Below are positions 25,549 to 37,200 of a DNA stretch of 64,000 nt, piece by piece. Position 1 is the first letter of the stretch, and the number at the start of each line of letters is the position of its first letter. The notes under the pieces were generated by a model. It worked only from the letters and a program-made list of their open reading frames with translations, did not search any database and was not told the origin of the DNA. This stretch comes from Utricularia gibba (lineage: Eukaryota; Plantae; Magnoliophyta), in NCBI GenBank assembly GCA_002189035.1, contig NEEC01000011.1, positions 2,294,001 to 2,358,000 on the forward strand, written 5' to 3'. The position numbers were made by a program, and so were the translations under genes.

Positions 25549-27684
25549 TCATGGCTGCGGTGTCTTGACTGGATGCTTCATGTTCTCTGTAGGGAGCGGT
25601 GAAGAAGTATTGGGCATCACTGCAGCTGGAGCAGTTGTCAATGTATGGTAATGAGAAGCTGATTGAGGAGGCAGATACTGAGTGTAATACATCTGGGGCC
25701 GTGCAGGATCAACTAACCCATACGTAAAGGGGGCATTGATGCCTGGTATGGGGTTGATCGTCTGATTAGGATGAGAAGTTTGACTGAAACCGACATACTG
25801 TGTCTGGTGCTGGCCTGAGGAAAGCTGCACCAATTGCTGTGCTCCCCCAGCAGCAGTGGTATACACTCCAGTAGGAAGCTCAGGTTTGGATGAAGGACCA
25901 CCAATTGTGGAAGCATAGGCTACCTGATGAGCTGCACTGGCAGGAGGAGCCGTTTGAGGAACTGAGTGTGGCAACTCACTATAAGTTGGCTGCTGTGGTT
26001 GCAAATTGTATGCTTGGTTCGGGCGACCTGGCATGATGTAGATTGGGTATGGCTGGTTAACCGGAGATTGGTGTGGGAGGTGCTGCGATTGGTGTGCATA
26101 AACAGGGTAGTAAGACGAGATCGGCACAGCTCCAGCAGGAATGTACTGGTTTCCAGCATGAACAAAGTGTTGTGGGTGATGCAAGGCATGAAAGTTTTGA
26201 TCAAGCTGGCCAGATAATATATACCCATGTTCCTGAACATGTGGTTGCACTTGATACTTCACATTATTCGGCTCCCCATTCTTGATATCATCCTGACTAG
26301 GAGTAGCCCTGCCATTTCCCAACGGTATTTGTGCAACAGGTTCTTGATACACTACATGCATCTGCCTAGAGAATGTGTTTCTGGCACTTCCTTCACTGTA
26401 TCAATAAGGTCATCAATACAAACAAACAGTAATCATATTAACAGGAGAAAAAAAGAGAGAATTCTAGATAGAGGTTTCAATTCTGTACCTTGAAACTGAA
26501 TCAGGAGATGCCAAATCGGTCACACCAGATGATTTCTGTAGAATTTGGGCAACCGGATGCTGTGGCAATTGAAGCTGAGCATGCTGAATCCTAGCATGCC
26601 CACCATCTTCCGGTCTCTCATCATCGGAGAACACCCTACTAGCAGCATATTCTCCACCAATAACTGCCGGAAAACCAGGGGCAACCTCCGCCGGAGCAAC
26701 AAAAATCCCCAGTTCTTCTGGTTTATGAGGCAGCGGTACATTTGCATTTCCTCCACCCTCGGCAACACTGACCTGCTGAAACTGATCCTCAATTCCTACA
26801 ACCCCCACCTTCGGATTCTGATCCACATGCACTTTTATAGGTGGCAAATTTACCATTGAGGGGGAACTGTTTGAAGAGCCAAAGGACGACGTGGTGTCAA
26901 CCATTGGAGAACCCGGAACAGAGTGCACATCATGATTAGCTGTGCAATTTCCGGATCCAATCCCGGAAACTTTGGTATCCTCTACTTGAGTCTCACCATC
27001 TTTTCCTCCGATCGCACCTTTTCCGACTGGATCTTCATCAAAACCTAGAAGATTATTGATCGAAGAAGATTCCGAAAACCCACGATCACTTGCGCACCCA
27101 CCAGACACGGTACTTGCCTTCCCATTCAAGGCGTTGAAGAACCAGTCCTCCGACTTGGCAGATCCAGTTTCAGCAAGAAGCTGCTCAACATTTGACTGCG
27201 ATTTGGGAAACAGGAAGAGACGGAGACGCCCCTGTTTCGGAACCCCTCCGCCATTGCTGACACGGTCGTACTCCTCCACCATATTCTCGAGATCCTCATC
27301 GGTGGCCACAGAAATCAGAGAATCCAGGTCCTCGTTTGGGAGTTGGTATTTCAGCAAAAACGATTGGTTATGGAGGAGGGTTTTCGAAAGACGGTTGTGG
27401 AGGTCCGAAAGCGAAGTGTGGCGGTCAATTACAATAATTCGCGTGTCGCCCCCGACGTAGCAGAGGGTTTTGTCATGTGGCCGAGGAACTATATGTCCCC
27501 CGTAGCTGCACATAAGCCGGAGTTTCTGCGGTGGAGCTAACGCCGGATCGGCCTCCGAGGACTCCATGCGGCGGGAACGGGGCGAGGAATCGATCGAGTC
27601 CGCGTACACCCCTGCAGCGATTGCAGCGTTACCGATTGGCCCTGCGCCCGATTGCGGTGTCGCCGGCGCCGGCGTAGCATCCAT
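25549..27684 (-). CDS. PB1 (octicosapeptide/Phox/Bem1p) domain protein with Q/P/Y-rich C-terminus, 2 exons
   Basis: KLRLMCSYGGHIVPRPHDKTLCYVGGDTRI and LKYQLPNEDLDSLISVATDEDLENMVEEYDR. Exons 27684-26489 and 26395-25549 join in frame. Confidence 0.9.
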
Positions 27685-29540
27685 AGAAGGAGAGCTGGAA
27701 ATGAGCGAAAAGCGAGTCCCCCTTGTCGATGCGTGCAGATGTTATAATCCAGCTGTGAATTTTATTTATTTTGTATTAATCATTTAATTAATTATTATTA
27801 TTTGCCCCCAAACTTTTCAATTTCAATTTTTCTCACCATTTCTTTTTCATTTTCCCGTTCAATCCCCATCTCTTTGAAAAATCACATATCATACACATTT
27901 CAAAGACAAACCCTAGGAAAAGCACAGCCCAATCTCTGTGACATAGACCCCGACCCCGAGCCGGTTCCACAAGGTACAGCAGTTCCACCAAATTGACTTC
28001 ACTGCAAGATTCCACTTTGATGGTCCAGACTCCAGAATTGAACGATGAGATGGTGATGATACCAAATAGTACACCATGGGTATTGAATTTCTTCCAAGCT
28101 TTACTAAATTACCATTAAGAGAACAACTGTGCAACACAGACCAGATCCAATGGGCACAGAGAGAGGGAGAAGGGTACCTAGAGCTTCAAAGGAAGATGCC
28201 CAGAGACTTATCACAGCATTCCAAGATGACCCTGGTGAAGAGCTTTGCCTACAATGATGTATCTATCTGGAAAATCAATGGGAAACCAAGGTGGAATGTT
28301 TCTTTACATGGATGCAGCTTGTGGCTTCTTACCAGGTGAAAAAATGTTAATAAACTAAGGTGAATTCTTCTTTACACGAGCTCCTGCTTCCTCATGTGAA
28401 GTGAAGAGAAGTTCGGGAGCATGATGTTGGACACTGCCTCCATCACGAAGATATCACCATTCATACCATCTCCGAATTCAAATCATACTCCATAACCTAT
28501 TTTAAAAATTGAAACAACCCACTTCACTGCAGAGATAATCAACAACCAAAGGGCATCATGTCCGCTTTCAGAGATTTGCCACTTTCAGCATCATACCATC
28601 TTTATTAACAGACAGAACCCACTAGAGCAACGGGAATGAAAAAAAAAAACACAGATCTTTACCGAAGATCTAAGCAACACAGGAACAGAAAACGTGAGTA
28701 GTAAATGATTTCTACGTAGCGGCAGTGAAATTACCAGCACGGAACAAATACAACATCCAACAAAAATGTTGCCTACTGTTCTTTGATATTCTTGCCGGGA
28801 TTACGCGACCCATCGGCGATCTTGGCATCTGGAAATGCGAATTAACAGGACTAGAGGAGGAACCGGCCTCCCGGAACAAAAAAGTAGACAACGAGAAAGA
28901 AGAAACACGCAAAAGCGATTGGCGCTTAGGGCGCAATTATGAAATGTTTAGTTTAATTGTCGCAGTTGATGTTGTTTCCCGCGCAAATGATTCTCTAACT
29001 GCCAATAGGAATTGACGAAAACACTCCTTCAGATTGAGCCATTGGAAGAGCATGCAAACAAAGGTTGCTCTGGTCTATTTAAATTATTAATTTCCCAAGA
29101 TACCCCCTGCATTCATCGTTCTCCTCGCCGGACTGAGGATTTTTCAGTTTCTCTCCGTGGAATGTTGCCGTCTCGCGGGGATCGGAGCTAGTTTCCGGCA
29201 TCAATAAGGTAAAAGCTCCAAGAATCTCCCTGTATACTTGATTTCCTAGACTTCTTGTCCAGTTTCGTTGCCTGCGGATTATTGAAGTTCATACTTGATT
29301 CGCTTGAACCTTACCTTTTTTGGTGTTTTCTTGCGTTAAAGCTGGTCCTGTTGGTCGTAGTTGGAAAAGATTTGGAATCGGAGATAAAATCTCGAATTTT
29401 CGTGACCTTTCTGATCTCGATAAGCATCTACTTTGTTGGAAGCGAATGTCCTATATTCTATGACATTGGATGATTATCTTCTTTTGTATCTTTTAACCAG
29501 AGGTGCTTTCTGATCGGAATTTTTCACAAATAATGGAGAC

Positions 29541-31030
29541 ATGCAGGGGAAATACATGGAAAACACGGAATCAGGGCATGAGAAGGCGAGTGACGCATCA
29601 TCTTCGACGCAATACGGATTTTCGCCCTTCTATCCTTCTAATTATCCTGAAAATCATTCCGTGTTCGTCGATTACTTGAACGATGAATATGCATCATCTC
29701 CGATCGGAGAAACTGACGATGCACTACGATCGTACTTCATTCATATCCATCAACAGGATTTGTTGGATCGTTATCAGATTTTATATTCACAGCTGTGCAT
29801 CATCGCAAAGCAGGCTCAAGATCTTTACCAAGAGAACGTCAATCTGAAAATGATCAACTTGGAGCTGAACAACCGCCTGGCTGCGTTTCTGAACGCCACG
29901 CCGTTTCATGGGTTTGAGTCTGGTCCTGGGGTTGATGCGATGGCTGCATTTACAAGAAAGTGTCTTGTTGCTGAAGAGGGAATTAGCGAGGAAGAGACCA
30001 CTGGTAAGAGTGCGGTAAATTTTGTGGATTCAGCTCTGACTCGCTCCGGAATACTGCAACGGTCTCATCTCCCAAAGAGCATTTCTGTTCGCTCTAGTGG
30101 TTATCACAAAGCAATCCGTTCTCATGGAGGATCTCTGCCCACGGAGTCCTCTGTCAAAGCGCCAAACAAGGGAAAGTTCATTGGCGAAGCGGTAATTTTT
30201 AATCATGTAACTTAATTCGGAAAGAAGTTCCCTACTTTACAAACTCATCATGCATTTTACTGCGTATGTGAACTAGTTCTAGTGATAGGGGCAGCCTCTT
30301 ATGCTATCATGACTTCTATTTCTGTGAATATTCCGCTGTTATGGATAATGATGATGATGATGTAGAACATCCTACATTGTGAATAGCAAAGAGTAATATT
30401 GCCCTGATCTGTAAGACTAAAATGAGAGCTGATCGATCCTTGATGAAATACCTCTCTAGTGTTTGCTCATCTAACATGTTTCCATCGAAACTCATCATGC
30501 ATTTTTCTGTTGTTGGGTAGTCAGTCTCCTTGTAAGAGTTGACAGTTTTTGGTAAAAGAGCTCCAGCATGTAGAGTTTGCATCAACCTTTTCCCCTGATG
30601 TTGTTTAGTTAAGATGATCACTATGAAGTTATACAAGCATGTTGACTAGAATCTGCCATGTTGTTGTCCAGATCCACCTGGCGGCTAATATGAGAAACTG
30701 ATGTTGAATGTGATGCAGCAAAAAGTGTATGTTAAGGGCAAGAAGGAGCAGCCACTAGAGCTGGAGGTCTACAACCAGGGAATGTTCAAAACCGAGCTGT
30801 GCAACAAATGGCAGCAGACGGGGACCTGCCCTTACGGCAACAACTGCCAGTTCGCCCACGGCATCAGAGAGCTCCGCCCCATCCTGCGCCACCCTCGCTA
30901 CAAGACCGAGGTTTGTCGCATGATACTTGATGGGATTCCATGCCCCTACGGCCACCGTTGCCACTTCCGGCACAGCCTGACTGCCCAGGAGAATCTTTCT
31001 CGAGCCATAGGCGTCAACACCTATGATTAA
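29541..31030 (+). CDS. Tandem CCCH zinc-finger protein, C3H14/C3H15-like, 2 coding exons
   Basis: Exons 29541-30191 and 30719-31030. Contains [40 protein letters not shown] and [25 protein letters not shown]. Confidence 0.9.
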
Positions 31031-31703
31031 CCCCCACGCCACCCCATCTAGCAGCAGCACTCCCTGGTTCGCGGATTGGATTGCATGAAGATCATCTGTT
31101 TGCAGGCACAAATGTGGATCCAGTACACCTACGTACTCCTCCCCTGCAACTTGACGTTGTGAAAACCGTAGCAGGCTTTGGGCCAAGCTCTAAAACTTCA
31201 CAATTTTCTTTGTTTCTTTTGTGTGTGTTGTTTCAATATTGCTCAACCTCGTCCTCTCCTTTCGGATCAACGAAGATAAATCAATATTAACAAGAATGGG
31301 GTGTTTTCCATGATTTATAATTTATTATCATTGATAATAAGTTGTTTATAATTTATACAAATATTTTGTTTAATATTTATAATTGATTTTAAAGTTATTT
31401 ATAAATTAAATTTATCAAATCAAACACTATATACTTATAATTGAATTATAAGTTCAAAACTTAGAAGTCTATAATAATAAAAGTTACCTAAAAGACTCCC
31501 AATATAAAACTCATTTTTATCTCACATTAGTGATCTAAAGAGTTGGCATTTTGCTTTTTAGCCCCTTTTCTCTTTGCATATTCCCCATCCGCCTCCTTTT
31601 CGTTGTTCCTTATCCTTCTTCCCATCCATTCTCGCAACAAAACTTTTCTTTGATGGCATGAGCGAGGCGTCGGGTTAGAGTCATTTTCCCACTTTTCGCA
31701 GCC

Positions 31704-32075
31704 ATGGCCGCGGGCCTCAACCTTCTGCGGATCGCCCTCTTTCTTCTCATCGTCTTCCCCAGCTCCGCTTCTTCCACGGATCCCACAGTCCCTCCAGCCT
31801 CCGTCTCCAAATGCGGCGGCACCTGTCCCTGCGACGACCTCTGTTCCTCTCCCCCGCCACCGCCGCCGATCAAGCCTCCCCCGACTCCGACCACCTTGTG
31901 CCCGCCTCCGCCATCGCCGCCGCGCCCAAAGACACCCAGCCCGCCTTACGTGTACACGAACGCGCCGCCGGGGAATATATACCAGGTATATCCATACTAC
32001 TCGGGCGTGGAGCGCCGCCGCGGTGTCTCTGTTGCTGGGTTGATAGCTGCTTGCGTGTGGGTGATGGCCATGTGA
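31704..32075 (+). CDS. Small secreted Cys/proline-rich (HRGP-like) protein with hydrophobic C-terminus
   Basis: Signal-peptide-like N-terminus, CGGTCPCDDLC, poly-Pro, APPGNIYQVYPYYSG and a hydrophobic tail. GC-rich and intronless. Confidence 0.8.
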   Translation: MAAGLNLLRIALFLLIVFPSSASSTDPTVPPASVSKCGGTCPCDDLCSSPPPPPPIKPPPTPTTLCPPPPSPPRPKTPSPPYVYTNAPPGNIYQVYPYYSGVERRRGVSVAGLIAACVWVMAM

Positions 32076-32624
32076 GAATCTGGTCCATCGGAGAGCCGGC
32101 CGGCTAAAAAACTGGTTTATTTACTTCCATCTAATGATCATTCGGTTTGTCTTCTGAATAATAACTTTAACTTCATCTGGATTCATATGCGAGAGCGGAG
32201 ACTGCTCTCCCAAATCTTTCTTGTTCTTTTTTTAATTTTTAATTTTTTATTTTCATAATATTAAAAAACTAATTGTTGTAAAACATCGGTGGAATGTTGA
32301 ATTAATTCCAAATTCCATGCGAGAAATTACTTTAGTTACTACAAAGGGAAAAAAATGAAGGGTTGGTGGAGAGTTGCCGTCACTGGAAAATATTATTTTA
32401 TTATTTCTAACGTAAATGTATAAAATCGCGACACGTGTACAAAACGTCTTCTAAAAAGTTTACAAAATTGCCCATATACTCCAAATATATCAATTCACTC
32501 TCAAATGTTTTTCTAATATTCAAAAAGGTCCAAATATTCTACTTTTCTTTTTCTAAAAGGTCCACATTCTCCAAATATATCAATTAAAATGTATTATTGA
32601 ATAAGACATGGTATTTTTTTCTTA

Positions 32625-33252
32625 TGATAACATCCCTTTGCAATGTACACCCACCTTACCCAAAGTAGATTTTATAAGTTTGTAGAAGAGGAGACTCTTG
32701 CAATCAAGATACAAAACCAAGATAAGTAAAACTATTATGGTATACATAATAAACTCAAATATATATTTGTATACGACTTATCCTCATTTTGTATATTTAA
32801 ATAAATTGATACTTCTAATCTTTTACGTTATATATTAATATCATATTCAAATAATATAAAGTAATGAATCTATTTTCAAGATTTATGAAGTTGCACCTAT
32901 TTATAGAGAATCTTCTCAAATTTTGGAAGAGTCTTTAATACATTCTTGATGCTTTATACATACACAAGATTAATGGGAAGATTCTTTATGCACGAGACTT
33001 TAGAGTTTGAGAAAGAACTTTATCACTCTATTTCTACATGGTTTGTGTCTTTAAACATTGTTCTATGATCATATGTAACTCATTTATTACATTGGTTCAT
33101 TCAATTACAATAAAACCAATTTATCTTACGTGTTGAGCACTCCCAATTTTTATTTTGGATTTCTGAGTCACCAAAGTTTTTGCCTTTGTTTTTGTGTATC
33201 TTCTGATCAAAACTATGGATCCTAGCACATTCCTTCCCAAAAATATCTTACA
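32625..33252 (-). mobile_element. Possible degenerate solo-LTR fragment
   Basis: Minus strand begins TGTAAGAT (33252), contains a CTATAAATAGG TATA motif (about 32900) and can end in ...TGTTATCA (32625). No matching target-site duplication and no coding remnant found. Confidence 0.25.
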
Positions 33253-33394
33253 ATTTGATGAAAATTCTCTAAAATTTGATCATTATTTTGCACCTACTTA
33301 GAGGGTGGTTCCAAATGCTGCAGTTTTTTAAGAGTGAGGTGCTTTAATTATGAGTCAAAATAGAGATTTATTGAGCCCAAGACCTACTAAACCA

Positions 33395-33432
33395 GGGAGG
33401 GGGAGGGAGCCCCCCCACCCCCACCCCCACCC
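33395..33432. repeat. G-tract/C-tract element: G3AG5AG3AG followed by C7AC5AC5AC3
   Basis: Read directly from sequence. The minus strand has G3TG5TG5TG7, a canonical four-tract G-quadruplex motif. Confidence 0.75.
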
Positions 33433-33506
33433 ACTCCATCTCTCTTTCATGATTAAACAAACCCACCACCTTGAGGTTCCATTGTCACCCACATTTCTTT
33501 CTTTCC

Positions 33507-33923
33507 ATGGAGTCGCACAACCTCCTCCTCCCCACTCTCCTCCTCTTCTCCGCCGTGGCCCTCAACTTCCCGGCGACCTCCTTCTCCCAGGAATGCCTCT
33601 ACCCATGTTACCCGCCGCCCATCCCCGGCGCGGACGGTAGCGGAAGCCGCCCTCCGGTGACCACCACGCCGCCCTCTTCTTACACTCCTCCATTGTACAC
33701 GTATCCTCCGCCGGCAGGGTCCTTCCCACAACCTCAAACCCCGCCGTACTCCGGCGTGGCGCCGCCGCTGCCCAACAACATCGTGCCCTGGTTTCCCTAC
33801 TACTACAGAAGGCCACCGCAGGAGGCTTCCGGCACCAGCAGTAGCTCCCCGCCGGCTACATGGGCATGGAGAAGAGCCTCCGTGCTGCTGGTTTTTCTTG
33901 CCGCCGCTGGTTTGGTTCTCTGA
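33507..33923 (+). CDS. Second small secreted proline-rich (HRGP-like) protein with hydrophobic C-terminus
   Basis: MESHNLLLPTLLLFSAVALNF signal, CLYPCYPPP, PPLPNNIVPWFPYYYRRPP and a hydrophobic tail. First ATG at 33507. Confidence 0.8.
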   Translation: MESHNLLLPTLLLFSAVALNFPATSFSQECLYPCYPPPIPGADGSGSRPPVTTTPPSSYTPPLYTYPPPAGSFPQPQTPPYSGVAPPLPNNIVPWFPYYYRRPPQEASGTSSSSPPATWAWRRASVLLVFLAAAGLVL

Positions 33924-34239
33924 TTGATGCAAATTGAGGGCCTGAGAGTCCCTGTTAATTACAGTGATTGGCTTGTAATCTTCTGCTTGCATTTCACAAA
34001 AAGAGACGACACACAACATGCCAAGTCCCAACCACCAGTGAAAGAAAAAGAAACCAAAAGCTCCATCTTTCCTTCTCCACCATTAATGAATAATTATCAT
34101 TAAAAAAAGAATTTAATCAGAATTTAAAATAAACCTACATAATTATTTAATGAATAATTTCAAACATGAAAATTTAAATATTAAAAAAAAAACAGTGACT
34201 TTATGCTTCATGACATCACCGGAGGTTTGGAGAGTTGGG

Positions 34240-37200
34240 TCAGTCACCGAGAGGAGACAAAGGCTGACGCATGCTGAGCTCAGCTTTCAGATGTGGGAAT
34301 TTGTCCAGATCATGAGACATATCCAGGACTCTCTGCAACCAAGGCACACTTCAACTGGTTAACAAGGAAAGCAACAAGTAGTGACAGGGAGGGAGGATGC
34401 TTACAAGGGCCGCCATGTGGGCATCCTGGAGGATACTCCCATCTAGCTCCAGCCGAGCGACCGGAAACTCTGGGAGGTGGCCGGATTGCTTCTTTCCCAG
34501 GAGGTCACCGGGGCCACGGAGGGTGAGATCCATGTTTGCAAGGTAGAATCCATCGGAGGATTGCTCCAGTACCTTCAGGCGTTTCAGGCTGGAGGCTGTG
34601 GATGCCATGAATATGCATTTGGATTTCTTCTCCCCGCGTCCGACCCGGCCGCGGAGCTGGTGCAACTGTGCGATCCCGAATCGCTCTGCATTCATAACTA
34701 CCATCATGGATGCGTCTGGTACATCCACGCCTATCTCAATGACTTGGGTTGACAACAGGATGCTGGTTTCTCCAGATCTGAAGCGCCTCAAGGCTTCATC
34801 CTTGTCCTCACTCTTCATCCGTCCATGGAGGAGTCCGCATTTGTGTTGATCAAACATCTTGGAGATGGTTTCAAACTCGGAGGAAACAGCACGGAGTTGC
34901 GGAAGCTGATCCGACTGATCGATTACAGGATACACCAGATACACTTTCCCACCTTCTCCTAATTCTTCGGATATCATCTGTAAAACCAAAACGGGGTGAT
35001 GTGTATTGCTACACAGGATGATAGATCATCATGGAAGAAGCATATGCAGCACCAAGTTCACCTGATACGCCGTTTCGAATCCAGCATCATTTCCCTCAAT
35101 AACACATGTTTTGATGGGTGATCTTCCAGGTGGTAAATCAGTTATCTAGTCAACAGTTGACAGAAGTTTCAGAGTTTCTGGAACGAAAAATGAGAAACCA
35201 GAAGAGCCATACCTGAGTTAACGACATGTCACCATATAATGCTAAGGCAAGTGACCTTGGGATAGGGGTTGCGGACATAGCTAGAACATGTGGAGCCATA
35301 TCAACATTTTTCGAGGATCTCTCTGGTTCAGTGGGTATCAGTTGAGACACTATGCTATTGAAGTACAGCTGCAGATTGAGGAAACAGAAAGCTAAGATGA
35401 TCTGTTGCCATGTTGGGAACTGCACTCTGCATCGACAACTTAGCAAGATGTGAATCCTAGGTGCTTGCTAAAGTACCTTGCTGTTGAACTGTCCTCTTTG
35501 AACAACACCAAATCGATGTTGTTCATCTACGATAGCAATGCGCAAGGCTGAGAATTCCACCTTGTCAGCGATTAAAGTGTGAGTTCCAATGACCATTGCG
35601 ATCTCACCCGACTGTAGGCCCTGTGAAAAAATTTGCCAAAAGTAAGATAGCAGTGTGAGAAGGAACTTTGAATTGTAAATGTTGGCACCACCTTCCGAAT
35701 AAATTGTGCTTGCCTCGTGGAGGTCGAGCCTGTCAACAATGCAACATGGGGCTTTTTACTTGAGCCCATTTTCTCAAGCAAGCTAAGAAGGTGCTCGTGA
35801 TGCTGGATGGCAAGCAATTCTGTTGGAACCATGAAAGCTGCCTACATGCAGAATAAATTCAGTCAATAAATGCACAATCTGGACTCAGAACCGAGGGCAT
35901 AACAATGGGTTCTCACCTGATATCCCAAGCCAATTACCTCCATGCATGCAAGAAATGCCACGACAGTCTTACCACAACCTACATCACCCTGAACGTGGGA
36001 GAGCAAGATTCCAAACCAGGAAGGTACAGTAACATTAGAAAGAAAGAGCTTAGAACCAAAAATTGAAACGAATGCACGACTATTTGAAAAGTAAGGCAAA
36101 CCTGCAGTAGTCTGTTCATCGGTATGGGCCGCTTCAGATCACAAATGATTTCTGAAGCCGCACGTAGCTGACTTGGTGTAAGTGTGTATGGAAGAGCCAT
36201 TGTAAATTCTTTTGTGATATCTGACCACTCTTCAATGAATACAGCAGTGAGCTCAGGTTTTGAGTACTTGCTCAGCAATCCATCCTTTTCTACCTTTGTT
36301 CCAAGTCCCTCAAGCATCTGGAACAACCTTCCTAACTACACACAAATCGCAAAGGATTCAAAAAGAAAATCTTCAGCATGGAAAACGTCATTTTCAAAAC
36401 AATTTGTGTGTTCTTTTGAATGGAATGGACCCACCTGAAGATAAAAGAACTCGTCAAATATCAGCCTTCTTCGTGCTGCATCAGCATTGATCAAACTAAC
36501 AGGCTTGTGAATGCCATTATATGCCTGAATTTTTCACAAGCACAATAATTGAAGTAATATGAGCTCAATAACAAACGAGTGACAGTGATGAAAAGTTGAA
36601 TCAGGACATGTCAACAAATAATTTTCAAATAATACAATTTGTGGCCCTAATCACAGGTGGAGTGGCAACAGCACAAAAAAGAATCTCAGCTGTCAAAACA
36701 TTGTGGGTTAATGGTGAACTTACATACATCAGAAAGGGAGAGAAGGCCAAATTCCTGGATAACATTCTCAGGGAGAGGATCAAGAGTTGCTGGCAAGGTC
36801 TTTAGGGCTCTGAACAGAAATTGCAATTATTTGGTATACATGCATTGATCGCAATGACTAAATTTAAAGACATATTAATGAAATTAGAAATTAAAAATCT
36901 ATATGAGGTCAAATTGGAAAACGTATACCACTCCAACTCCTAGAAACCAAAAAAAGTCATTGGGCTAGACAATAACTCACAAAGGATTATGGGACAAACC
37001 TTGATATAAGGTCCCTGAGAATGTCAGGACTTAAACCCTTTTTTGAAGGATATATTGGATAAGGCCTCCCTTCAGTATTAACACATGAATCACTTTCACC
37101 TTTGACAACATCGACACTATATTCCCTCATTTCAAAGTGATCTTTATTACTCATTGCCCGCACCTACCAATAATAAATGTTATGCGTTTGTGCGTACCAC

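Noticed and set aside
34240-34270. Suspected frameshift at the RECG C-terminus
   Set aside because: Re-reading shows CAG CCT TTG TCT CCT CTC GGT GAC TGA, an intact QPLSPLGD* end.
37044-37053. ATATCCTT resembling an AT-AC U12 donor in RECG
   Set aside because: It is coding sequence ([10 protein letters not shown]), a conserved RecG segment.
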